From the human T2T-CHM13v2.0 reference genome, Homo sapiens: 64,000 bases of DNA. The DNA is taken from NCBI RefSeq assembly GCF_009914755.1, contig NC_060939.1. One strand, written 5' to 3'. A program made the translations under genes and the position numbers. The notes beneath the pieces are model-generated. The model made no database searches and had not been told where the DNA came from. It was given only the letters and a program-made list of their open reading frames with translations. How positions within the stretch are numbered: position 1 is the first letter of the stretch; each line of letters opens with the position of its first letter. Positions 13,901-27,900 of the stretch are shown here, in pieces.

Positions 13901-16900
13901 AATTCCATTAATCTCCATTCCATTCCATTCTACTCCTACTGATTCCACTCCATTCTATTCCTTTCCATTCCATTTCATTCCATTCCATTCCATTTCATTC
14001 CATTCCATTCCATTCGTGTCCATTCCACTCCAGTCCATTCCATTCGTGTCCATTCCATTCCAGTCCATTCCATTTGTGTCCACTGCATTCCATTCCACTC
14101 CATTCCATATTATTCCATTACACTCCATTCAATTCTATTACTTTCATTTCCATTCAATTCCATTCCATTTCATTCCATTCCACTCGGTTTCATTCCATTT
14201 GAGTCCACTCCATTCCATTCCATTCCATTCCATTCAGTTCCATTCCATTCTGTTCCATTCCATTCCGTTCCATTACATTCCATTCCATTCGGTACCATTC
14301 CATATTGTTCCATTCGATTCCATTCGAATCCATTCCATTCCAGTCCATTCCATTCGATTCCATTCCATTCATTTCAATTCCATTCCATTCCATTCCATTC
14401 CATTCCACTTGATTCCTCTCCATTCCCTTCCACTGCATTCCGTTCGATTCCATTCCATTGCATTGCATTCCATTCCATTGGATTGCATTCCATTCGATTC
14501 CATTCCATTCGAATCAATTACATAGCAATCCATTACATTCGAGTCTATTCTATTCCGTTCCATTCGATTTCGTTCCAATCCAATCGATTCCATTCCATTC
14601 GATTCCATTCCATACTATTGCATTCCATTCGATTACATTATATTCGAATAAGTTCCATTCAAGACCATTTCTTTTGAGTCCATTCTATTTGAGTCCATTC
14701 CCTTTGATTCCATAACATTTGAGTCCATTCAATTGCATTCCTTTCGTTTCCATTCCATTTGATGCCATTCCATTCAATTCTGTTCTACTCGACTCCAATA
14801 CATTCAATTCCATTCCATCCGATTCCATTACATTCTTTTCATTTCTTATCCATTTCAAGCCATTCCACTCCATTCCATTCCACTCGTTTCCTTTCCAGTC
14901 GAGTCCATTCCTCTCCAGTCCATTCCGTTCAATCCATTCCATTCCAGTCCATTCCATTCGAGTCCATTCCATTCCAGTCCATTCCAATCGAGTCAATTCC
15001 ATCCCATTCGATGTCTTCCCATAACGATCCATTCCATTCTATTCCTTTCGATTCCATTCCATTCTATTTCATTCCATTCGATTCCCTTCCATTGGACTCC
15101 TTTCCATTCGAATGCATTCCATTCCGTTCCATTTCTTTCCTTTCTGTACGATTCCTACCGTTCGATTTCATTTTGTTCCAGTCCATTCCTTTCGCGTCCA
15201 TTCCATTCCATTTCACTCCATTCCATTCCATTCCACTCGATTCCACTTCGTTCCATTTCATTGCATTCCATTCTATTCAACTCTATTGCCTTCCATTCCA
15301 TTCCATTCGATTACATTCCATGCGATTCCATTCGAAATCGAATCAATTACATTGCAATCCATTACTATTGAGTCCATTTTATTCCAGTCCACTGCATTCT
15401 GGTCCATTCCATTTGATTCCATTCCATTCTATTCCATTCCATACAGTTGCATTCCATTGGATTCCATTCTATATCTATAAATTCAATTCGAGACCATTGC
15501 TTTTGAGTCCATTCTATATGATTCCATTCCATTCAAGTCCATTACATTTGGTTCAATTCCATTCCATTCCATTCCCTTCCATTCCATTCCAGTTGATATC
15601 AATCCATTCGATTCCATTCCATTCGAGCACATTCCATTCGAGTCCATTCCATTTGATGCCATTCCATTTGATTCTATTCCATTAGTCTCCATTCAATTCC
15701 ATTAATCTCCATTCCATTCCATTCTACTCCAACTGATTGCGTTCCATTCTATTCCTTTCCATTCCATTTCATTCCATTCCATTCCATTTCATTCCATTCC
15801 ATTCCATTCGCTTCCATTCCATTCGTGTCCATTCCACTCCAGTCCATTCCATTCGTGTCCATTCCATTCCAGTCCATTCCATTTGTGTCCACTGCATTCC
15901 ATTCCACTACATTCCATATTTTTCCATTACACTCCATTCCATTCTATTACTTTCATTTCCATTCAATTCCATTCCATTTGATTCCATTCCACTCGGTTTC
16001 ATTCCATTTGAGTCCACTCCATTCCATTCCATTCCATTCCATTCAGTTCCATTCCATTCTGTTCCATTCCATTCCGTTCCATTGCATTCCATTCCATTCG
16101 GTACCATTCCATATTGTTCCATTCGATTCCATTCGAATCCATTCCATTCCAGTCCATTCCATTCGATTCCATTCCATTCCTTTCAATTCCATTCCATTCC
16201 ATTCCATTCCACTTGATTCCACTCCATTCCCTTCCACTGCATTCCATTCGATTCCATTCCATTGCATTGCATTCCATTCCATTGGACTGCATTCCATTTG
16301 ATTCCATTCCATTCGAATCAATTACATAGCAATCCATTACATTCGAGTCTATTCTATTCCGTTCCATTCGATTTCATTCCAATCCATTCGATTCCATTCC
16401 ATTCGATTCCATTCCATACTATTGCATTCCATTCTATTACATTATATTCGAATAAGTTCCATTCAAGACCATTTCTTTTGAGTCCATTCTATTTGAGTCC
16501 ATTCCCTTTGATTCCATAACATTTGAGTCCATTCAATTCCATTCCTTTCGTTTCCATTCCATTTGATGCCATTCCATTCAATTCTGTTCTACTCGACTCC
16601 AATACATTCAATTCCATTCCATCCGATTCCATTACATTCTTTTCATTTCTTATCCATTTCAAGCCATTCCACTCCATTCCATTCCACTCGTTTCCTTTCC
16701 ATTCGAGTCCATTCCTCTCCAGTCCATTCCGTTCAATCCATTCCATTCCAGTCCATTCCATTCGAGTCCGTTCCATTCCAGTCCATTCCATTCGAGTCAA
16801 TTCCATTCCATTCGATGTCTTTCCATAACGATCCATTCCATTCTATTCCTTTCGATTCCATTCCATTCTATTTCATTGCATTCGATTCCCTTCCATTGGA

Positions 16901-19900
16901 CTCCTTTCCATTCGAGTGCATTCCATTCCGTTCCATTTCTTTCCGTTCTGTACGATTCCTACCGTTCGATTTCATTTTGTTCCAGTCCATTCCTTTCGCG
17001 TCCATTCCATTCCATTTCACTCCATTCGATTCCATTCCACTCGATTCCACTTCGTTCCATTTCATTGCATTCCATTCTATTCAACTCTATTGCCTTCCAT
17101 TCCATTCCATTCGATTACATTCCATGCGATTCCATTCGAAATCGAATCAATTACATTGCAATCCATTACTATTGAGTCCGTTTTATTCCAGTCCACTGCA
17201 TTCTGGTCCATTCCATTTGATTCCATTCCATTCTATTCCATTCTATACAGTTGCATTCCATTGGATTCCATTCTATATCTATAAATTCAATTCGAGACCA
17301 TTGATTTTGAGTCCATTCTATATGATTCCATTCCATTCAAGTCCATTACGTTTGGTTCAATTCCATTCCATTATATTCCCTTCCATTCCATTCCAGTTGA
17401 TATCAATCCATTCGATTCAATTCCATTCGAGCACATTCCATTTGAGTCCATTCCATTCGATGCCATTCCATTTGATTCTATTCCATTAGTCTCCATTCAA
17501 TTCCATTAATCTCCATTCCATTCCATTCTACTCCTACTGATTCCTCTCCATTCTATTCCTTTCCATTCCATTTCATTCCATTCCATTCCATTTCATTCCA
17601 TTCCATTCCATTCGTGTCCATTCCACTCCAGTCCATTCCATTCGTGTCCATTCCATTCCAGTCCATTCCATTTGTGTCCACTGCATTCCATTCCACTCCA
17701 TTCCATATTATTCCATTACACTCCATTCAATTCTATTACTTTCATTTCCATTCAATTCCATTCCATTTCATTCCATTCCACTCGGTTTCATTCCATTTGA
17801 GTCCACTCCATTCCATTCCATTCCATTCCATTCAGTTCCATTCCATTCTGTTCCATTCCATTCCGTTCCATTACATTCCATTCCATTCGGTACCATTCCA
17901 TATTGTTCCATTCGATTCCATTCGAATCCATTCCATTCCAGTCCATTCCATTCGATTCCATTCCATTCATTTCAATTCCATTCCATTCCATTCCATTCCA
18001 TTCCACTTGATTCCTCTCCATTCCCTTCCACTGCATTCCGTTCGATTCCATTCCATTGCATTGCATTCCATTCCATTGGATTGCATTCCATTCGATTCCA
18101 TTCCATTCGAATCAATTACATAGCAATCCATTACATTCGAGTCTATTCTATTCCGTTCCATTCGATTTCGTTCCAATCCAATCGATTCCATTCCATTCGA
18201 TTCCATTCCATACTATTGCATTCCATTCGATTACATTATATTCGAATAAGTTCCATTCAAGACCATTTCTTTTGAGTCCATTCTATTTGAGTCCATTCCC
18301 TTTGATTCCATAACATTTGAGTCCATTCAATTCCATTCCTTTCGTTTCCATTCCATTTGATGCCATTCCATTCAATTCTGTTCTACTCGACTCCAATACA
18401 TTCAATTCCATTCCATCCGATTCCATTACATTCTTTTCATTTCTTATCCATTTCAAGCCATTCCACTCCATTCCATTCCACTCGTTTCCTTTCCAGTCGA
18501 GTCCATTCCTCTCCAGTCCATTCCGTTCAATCCATTCCATTCCAGTCCATTCCATTCGAGTCCATTCCATTCCAGTCCATTCCAATCGAGTCAATTCCAT
18601 CCCATTCGATGTCTTCCCATAACGATCCATTCCATTCTATTCCTTTCGATTCCATTCCATTCTATTTCATTCCATTCGATTCCCTTCCATTGGACTCCTT
18701 TCCATTCGAATGCATTCCATTCCGTTCCATTTCTTTCCTTTCTGTACGATTCCTACCGTTCGATTTCATTTTGTTCCAGTCCATTCCTTTCGCGTCCATT
18801 CCATTCCATTTCACTCCATTCCATTCCATTCCACTCGATTCCACTTCGTTCCATTTCATTGCATTCCATTCTATTCAACTCTATTGCCTTCCATTCCATT
18901 CCATTCGATTACATTCCATGCGATTCCATTCGAAATCGAATCAATTACATTGCAATCCATTACTATTGAGTCCATTTTATTCCAGTCCACTGCATTCTGG
19001 TCCATTCCATTTGATTCCATTCCATTCTATTCCATTCCATACAGTTGCATTCCATTGGATTCCATTCTATATCTATAAATTCAATTCGAGACCATTGCTT
19101 TTGAGTCCATTCTATATGATTCCATTCCATTCAAGTCCATTACATTTGGTTCAATTCCATTCCATTCCATTCCCTTCCATTCCATTCCAGTTGATATCAA
19201 TCCATTCGATTCCATTCCATTCGAGCACATTCCATTCGAGTCCATTCCATTTGATGCCATTCCATTTGATTCTATTCCATTAGTCTCCATTCAATTCCAT
19301 TAATCTCCATTCCATTCCATTCTACTCCAACTGATTGCGTTCCATTCTATTCCTTTCCATTCCATTTCATTCCATTCCATTCCATTTCATTCCATTCCAT
19401 TCCATTCGCTTCCATTCCATTCGTGTCCATTCCACTCCAGTCCATTCCATTCGTGTCCATTCCATTCCAGTCCATTCCATTTGTGTCCACTGCATTCCAT
19501 TCCACTACATTCCATATTTTTCCATTACACTCCATTCCATTCTATTACTTTCATTTCCATTCAATTCCATTCCATTTGATTCCATTCCACTCGGTTTCAT
19601 TCCATTTGAGTCCACTCCATTCCATTCCATTCCATTCCATTCAGTTCCATTCCATTCTGTTCCATTCCATTCCGTTCCATTGCATTCCATTCCATTCGGT
19701 ACCATTCCATATTGTTCCATTCGATTCCATTCGAATCCATTCCATTCCAGTCCATTCCATTCGATTCCATTCCATTCCTTTCAATTCCATTCCATTCCAT
19801 TCCATTCCACTTGATTCCACTCCATTCCCTTCCACTGCATTCCATTCGATTCCATTCCATTGCATTGCATTCCATTCCATTGGACTGCATTCCATTTGAT

Positions 19901-22900
19901 TCCATTCCATTCGAATCAATTACATAGCAATCCATTACATTCGAGTCTATTCTATTCCGTTCCATTCGATTTCATTCCAATCCATTCGATTCCATTCCAT
20001 TCGATTCCATTCCATACTATTGCATTCCATTCTATTACATTATATTCGAATAAGTTCCATTCAAGACCATTTCTTTTGAGTCCATTCTATTTGAGTCCAT
20101 TCCCTTTGATTCCATAACATTTGAGTCCATTCAATTCCATTCCTTTCGTTTCCATTCCATTTGATGCCATTCCATTCAATTCTGTTCTACTCGACTCCAA
20201 TACATTCAATTCCATTCCATCCGATTCCATTACATTCTTTTCATTTCTTATCCATTTCAAGCCATTCCACTCCATTCCATTCCACTCGTTTCCTTTCCAT
20301 TCGAGTCCATTCCTCTCCAGTCCATTCCGTTCAATCCATTCCATTCCAGTCCATTCCATTCGAGTCCGTTCCATTCCAGTCCATTCCATTCGAGTCAATT
20401 CCATTCCATTCGATGTCTTTCCATAACGATCCATTCCATTCTATTCCTTTCGATTCCATTCCATTCTATTTCATTGCATTCGATTCCCTTCCATTGGACT
20501 CCTTTCCATTCGAGTGCATTCCATTCCGTTCCATTTCTTTCCGTTCTGTACGATTCCTACCGTTCGATTTCATTTTGTTCCAGTCCATTCCTTTCGCGTC
20601 CATTCCATTCCATTTCACTCCATTCGATTCCATTCCACTCGATTCCACTTCGTTCCATTTCATTGCATTCCATTCTATTCAACTCTATTGCCTTCCATTC
20701 CATTCCATTCGATTACATTCCATGCGATTCCATTCGAAATCGAATCAATTACATTGCAATCCATTACTATTGAGTCCGTTTTATTCCAGTCCACTGCATT
20801 CTGGTCCATTCCATTTGATTCCATTCCATTCTATTCCATTCCATACAGTTGCATTCCATTGGATTCCATGCTATATCTATAAATTCAATTCGAGACCATT
20901 GCTTTTGAGTCCATTCTATATGATTCCATTCCATTCAAGTCCATTACATTTGGTTCAATTCCATTCCATTCCATTCCCTTCCATTCCATTCCAGTTGATA
21001 TCAATCCTTTCGATTCCATTCCATTCGAGCACATTCCATTCGAGTCCATTCCATTCGATGCCATTCCATTTGATTCTATTCCATTAGTCTCCATTCAATT
21101 CCATTAATCTCCATTCCATTCCATTCTACTCCAACTGATTCCATTCCATTCTATTCCTTTCCATTCCATTTCATTCCATTCCATTCCATTTCATTCCATT
21201 CCATTCCATTCGTGTCCATTCCACTCCAGTCCATTCCATTCGTGTCCATTCCATTCCAGTCCGTTCCATTTGTGTACACTGCATTCCATTCCACTCCATT
21301 CCATATTATTCCATTACACTCCATTCCATTCTATTACTTTCATTTCCATTCAATTCCATTCCATTTGATTCCATTCCACTCGGTTTCATTCCATTTGAGT
21401 CCACTCCATTCCATTCCATTCCATTCCATTCAGTTCCATTCCATTCTGTTCCATTCCATTCCGTTCCATTACATTCCATTCCATTCGGTACCATTCCATA
21501 TTGTTCCTTTCGATTCCATTCGATTCCATTCCATTCATTTCAATTCCATTCCATTCCATTCCATTACATTCCACTTGATTCCTCTCCATTCCCTTCCACT
21601 GCATTCCGTTCGATTCCATTCCATTGCATTGCATTCCATTCCATTGGATTGCATTCTATTCGATTCCATTCCATTCGAATCAATTACATAGCAATCCATT
21701 ACATTCGAGTCTATTCTATTCCGTTCCATTCGATTTCGTTCCAATCCATTCGATTCCATTCCATTCGATTCCATTCCATACTATTGCATTCCATTCGATT
21801 ACATTATATTCGAATAAGTTCCATTCAAGACCATTCCTTTTGAGTCCATTCTATTTGAGTCCATTCCCTTTGATTCCATAACATTTGAGTCCATTCAATT
21901 CCATTCCTTTCGTTTCCATTCCATTTGATGCCATTCCATTCAATTCTGTTCTACTCGACTCCAATACATTCAATTCCATTCCCTCCGATTCCATTACATT
22001 CTTTTCATTTCTTATCCATTTCAAGCCATTCCACTCCATTCCATTCCACTCGTTTCCTTTCCAGTCGAGTCCATTCCTCTCCAGTCCATTCCGTTCAATC
22101 CATTCCATTCCAGTCCATTCCATTCGAGTCCATTCCATTCCAGTCCATTCCATTCGAGTCAATTCCATCCCATTCGATGTCTTCCCATAACGATCCATTA
22201 CATTCTATTCCTTTCGATTCCATTCCATTCTATTTCATTCCATTCGATTCCCTTCCATTGGACTCCTTTCCATTCGAGTGCATTCCATTCCGTTCCATTA
22301 CTTTCCGTTCAGTACGATTCCTACCGTTCGATTTCATTTTCTTCCAGTCCATTCCTTTCGCGTCCATTCCATTCCATTTCACTCCATTCGATTCCATTCC
22401 ACTCGATTCCACTTCGTTCCATTTCATTGCATTCCATTCTATTCAACTCTATTGCCTTCCATTCCATTCCATTCGATTACATTCCATGCGATTCCATTCG
22501 AAATCGAATCAATTACATTGCAATCCATTACTATTGAGTCCGTTTTATTCCAGTCCACTGCATTCTGGTCCATTCCATTTGATTCCATTCCATTCTATTC
22601 CATTCTATACAGTTGCATTCCATTGGATTCCATTCTATATCTATAAATTCAATTCGAGACCATTGATTTTGAGTCCATTCTATATGATTCCATTCCATTC
22701 AAGTCCATTACATTTGGTTCAATTCCATTCCATTATATTCCCTTCCATTCCATTCCAGTTGATATCAATCCATTCGATTCAATTCCATTCGAGCACATTC
22801 CATTTGAGTCCATTCCATTCGATGCCATTCCATTTGATTCTATTCCATTAGTCTCCATTCAATTCCATTAATCTCCATTCCATTCCATTCTACTCCTACT

Positions 22901-25900
22901 GATTCCACTCCATTCTATTCCTTTCCATTCCATTTCATTCCATTCCATTCCATTTCATTCCATTCCATTCCATTCGTGTCCATTCCACTCCAGTCCATTC
23001 CATTCGTGTCCATTCCATTCCAGTCCATTCCATTTGTGTCCACTGCATTCCATTCCACTCCATTCCATATTATTCCATTACACTCCATTCAATTCTATTA
23101 CTTTCATTTCCATTCAATTCCATTCCATTTCATTCCATTCCACTCGGTTTCATTCCATTTGAGTCCACTCCATTCCATTCCATTCCATTCCATTCAGTTC
23201 CATTCCATTCTGTTCCATTCCATTCCGTTCCATTACATTCCATTCCATTCGGTACCATTCCATATTGTTCCATTCGATTCCATTCGAATCCATTCCATTC
23301 CAGTCCATTCCATTCGATTCCATTCCATTCATTTCAATTCCATTCCATTCCATTCCATTCCATTCCACTTGATTCCTCTCCATTCCCTTCCACTGCATTC
23401 CGTTCGATTCCATTCCATTGCATTGCATTCCATTCCATTGGATTGCATTCCATTCGATTCCATTCCATTCGAATCAATTACATAGCAATCCATTACATTC
23501 GAGTCTATTCTATTCCGTTCCATTCGATTTCGTTCCAATCCAATCGATTCCATTCCATTCGATTCCATTCCATACTATTGCATTCCATTCGATTACATTA
23601 TATTCGAATAAGTTCCATTCAAGACCATTTCTTTTGAGTCCATTCTATTTGAGTCCATTCCCTTTGATTCCATAACATTTGAGTCCATTCAATTGCATTC
23701 CTTTCGTTTCCATTCCATTTGATGCCATTCCATTCAATTCTGTTCTACTCGACTCCAATACATTCAATTCCATTCCATCCGATTCCATTACATTCTTTTC
23801 ATTTCTTATCCATTTCAAGCCATTCCACTCCATTCCATTCCACTCGTTTCCTTTCCAGTCGAGTCCATTCCTCTCCAGTCCATTCCGTTCAATCCATTCC
23901 ATTCCAGTCCATTCCATTCGAGTCCATTCCATTCCAGTCCATTCCAATCGAGTCAATTCCATCCCATTCGATGTCTTCCCATAACGATCCATTCCATTCT
24001 ATTCCTTTCGATTCCATTCCATTCTATTTCATTCCATTCGATTCCCTTCCATTGGACTCCTTTCCATTCGAATGCATTCCATTCCGTTCCATTTCTTTCC
24101 TTTCTGTACGATTCCTACCGTTCGATTTCATTTTGTTCCAGTCCATTCCTTTCGCGTCCATTCCATTCCATTTCACTCCATTCCATTCCATTCCACTCGA
24201 TTCCACTTCGTTCCATTTCATTGCATTCCATTCTATTCAACTCTATTGCCTTCCATTCCATTCCATTCGATTACATTCCATGCGATTCCATTCGAAATCG
24301 AATCAATTACATTGCAATCCATTACTATTGAGTCCATTTTATTCCAGTCCACTGCATTCTGGTCCATTCCATTTGATTCCATTCCATTCTATTCCATTCC
24401 ATACAGTTGCATTCCATTGGATTCCATTCTATATCTATAAATTCAATTCGAGACCATTGCTTTTGAGTCCATTCTATATGATTCCATTCCATTCAAGTCC
24501 ATTACATTTTGTTCAATTCCATTCCATTCCATTCCCTTCCATTCCATTCCAGTTGATATCAATCCATTCGATTCCATTCCATTCGAGCACATTCCATTCG
24601 AGTCCATTCCATTTGATGCCATTCCATTTGATTCTATTCCATTAGTCTCCATTCAATTCCATTAATCTCCATTCCATTCCATTCTACTCCAACTGATTGC
24701 GTTCCATTCTATTCCTTTCCATTCCATTTCATTCCATTCCATTCCATTTCATTCCATTCCATTCCATTCGCTTCCATTCCATTCGTGTCCATTCCACTCC
24801 AGTCCATTCCATTCGTGTCCATTCCATTCCAGTCCATTCCATTTGTGTCCACTGCATTCCATTCCACTACATTCCATATTTTTCCATTACACTCCATTCC
24901 ATTCTATTACTTTCATTTCCATTCAATTCCATTCCATTTGATTCCATTCCACTCGGTTTCATTCCATTTGAGTCCACTCCATTCCATTCCATTCCATTCC
25001 ATTCAGTTCCATTCCATTCTGTTCCATTCCATTCCGTTCCATTGCATTCCATTCCATTCGGTACCATTCCATATTGTTCCATTCGATTCCATTCGAATCC
25101 ATTCCATTCCAGTCCATTCCATTCGATTCCATTCCATTCCTTTCAATTCCATTCCATTCCATTCCATTCCACTTGATTCCACTCCATTCCCTTCCACTGC
25201 ATTCCATTCGATTCCATTCCATTGCATTGCATTCCATTCCATTGGACTGCATTCCATTTGATTCCATTCCATTCGAATCAATTACATAGCAATCCATTAC
25301 ATTCGAGTCTATTCTATTCCGTTCCATTCGATTTCATTCCAATCCATTCGATTCCATTCCATTCGATTCCATTCCATACTATTGCATTCCATTCTATTAC
25401 ATTATATTCGAATAAGTTCCATTCAAGACCATTTCTTTTGAGTCCATTCTATTTGAGTCCATTCCCTTTGATTCCATAACATTTGAGTCCATTCAATTCC
25501 ATTCCTTTCGTTTCCATTCCATTTGATGCCATTCCATTCAATTCTGTTCTACTCGACTCCAATACATTCAATTCCATTCCATCCGATTCCATTACATTCT
25601 TTTCATTTCTTATCCATTTCAAGCCATTCCACTCCATTCCATTCCACTCGTTTCCTTTCCATTCGAGTCCATTCCTCTCCAGTCCATTCCGTTCAATCCA
25701 TTCCATTCCAGTCCATTCCATTCGAGTCCGTTCCATTCCAGTCCATTCCATTCGAGTCAATTCCATTCCATTCGATGTCTTTCCATAACGATCCATTCCA
25801 TTCTATTCCTTTCGATTCCATTCCATTCTATTTCATTGCATTCGATTCCCTTCCATTGGACTCCTTTCCATTCGAGTGCATTCCATTCCGTTCCATTTCT

Positions 25901-27900
25901 TTCCGTTCTGTACGATTCCTACCGTTCGATTTCATTTTGTTCCAGTCCATTCCTTTCGCGTCCATTCCATTCCATTTCACTCCATTCGATTCCATTCCAC
26001 TCGATTCCACTTCGTTCCATTTCATTGCATTCCATTCTATTCAACTCTATTGCCTTCCATTCCATTCCATTCGATTACATTCCATGCGATTCCATTCGAA
26101 ATCGAATCAATTACATTGCAATCCATTACTATTGAGTCTGTTTTATTCCAGTCCACTGCATTCTGGTCCATTCCATTTGATTCCATTCCATTCTATTCCA
26201 TTCCATACAGTTGCATTCCATTGGATTCCATGCTATATCTATAAATTCAATTCGAGACCATTGCTTTTGAGTCCATTCTATATGATTCCATTCCATTCAA
26301 GTCCATTACATTTGGTTCAATTCCATTCCATTCCATTCCCTTCCATTCCATTCCAGTTGATATCAATCCTTTCGATTCCATTCCATTCGAGCACATTCCA
26401 TTCGAGTCCATTCCATTCGATGCCATTCCATTTGATTCTATTCCATTAGTCTCCATTCAATTCCATTAATCTCCATTCCATTCCATTCTACTCCAACTGA
26501 TTCCATTCCATTCTATTCCTTTCCATTCCATTCCATTCCATTCCATTCCATTTCATTCCATTCCATTCCATTCGTGTCCATTCCACTCCAGTCCATTCCA
26601 TTCGTGTCCATTCCATTCCAGTCCATTCCATTTGTGTGCACTGCATTCCATTCCACTCCATTCCATATTATTCCATTACACTCCATTCCATTCTATTACT
26701 TTCATTTCCATTCAATTCCATTCCATTTGATTCCATTCCACTCGGTTTCATTCCATTTGAGTCCACTCCATTCCATTCCATTCCATTCCATTCAGTTCCA
26801 TTCCATTCTGTTCCATTCCATTCCGTTCCATTCCATTCCATTCCATTCGGTACCATTCCATATTGTTCCTTTCGATTCCATTCGATTCCATTCCATTCAT
26901 TTCAATTCCATTCCATTCCATTCCATTACATTCCACTTGATTCCTCTCCATTCCCTTCCACTGCATTCCGTTCGATTCCATTCCATTGCATTGCATTCCA
27001 TTCCATTGGATTGCATTCTATTCGATTCCATTCCATTCGAATCAATTACATAGCAATCCATTACATTCGAGTCTATTCTATTCCGTTCCATTCGATTTCG
27101 TTCCAATCCATTCGATTCCATTCCATTCGATTCCATTCCATACTATTGCATTCCATTCGATTACATTATATTCGAATAAGTTCCATTCAAGACCATTTCT
27201 TTTGAGTCCATTCTATTTGAGTCCATTCCCTTTGATTCCATAACATTTGAGTCCATTCAATTCCATTCCTTTCGTTTCCATTCCATTTGATGCCATTCCA
27301 TTCAATTCTGTTCTACTCGACTCCAATACATTCAATTCCATTCCCTCCGATTCCATTACATTCTTTTCATTTCTTATCCATTTCAAGCCATTCCACTCCA
27401 TTCCATTCCACTCGTTTCCTTTCCAGTCGAGTCCATTCCTCTCCAGTCCATTCCGTTGAATCCATTCCATTCCAGTCCATTCCATTCGAGTCCATTCCAT
27501 TCCAGTCCATTCCATTCGAGTCAATTCCATCCCATTAGATGTCTTCCCATAACGATCCATTACATTCTATTCCTTTCGATTCCATTCCATTCTATTTCAT
27601 TCCATTCGATTCCCTTCCATTGGACTCCTTTCCATTCGAGTGCATTCCATTCCGTTCCATTACTTTCCGTTCAGTACGATTCCTACCGTTCGATTTCATT
27701 TTCTTCCAGTCCATTCCTTTCGCGTCCATTCCATTCCATTTCACTCCATTCGATTCCATTCCACTCGATTCCACTTCGTTCCATTTCATTGCATTCCATT
27801 CTATTCAACTCTATTGCCTTCCATTCCATTCCATTCGATTACATTCCATCCGATTCCATTCGAAATCGAATCAATTACATTGCAATCCATTACTATTGAG
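10930..27900 (+). repeat. Higher-order repeat domain 1: A-B-C trimer (1764+1794+1804 = 5362 bp) with one 3598 bp dimer derivative
   Basis: Unit lengths from 11161 are 1764, 1794, 1804, 1794, 1804, 1764, 1794, 1804, 1764. A marker (30-bp deletion, TTGTTCCTTTCGATTCC) at ~12545, ~21505, ~26867. B marker CCCTCCGATT at ~13021, ~21981, ~27343. C marker GATTGCGTTCC at ~15735, ~19333, ~24695. Confidence 0.85.
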
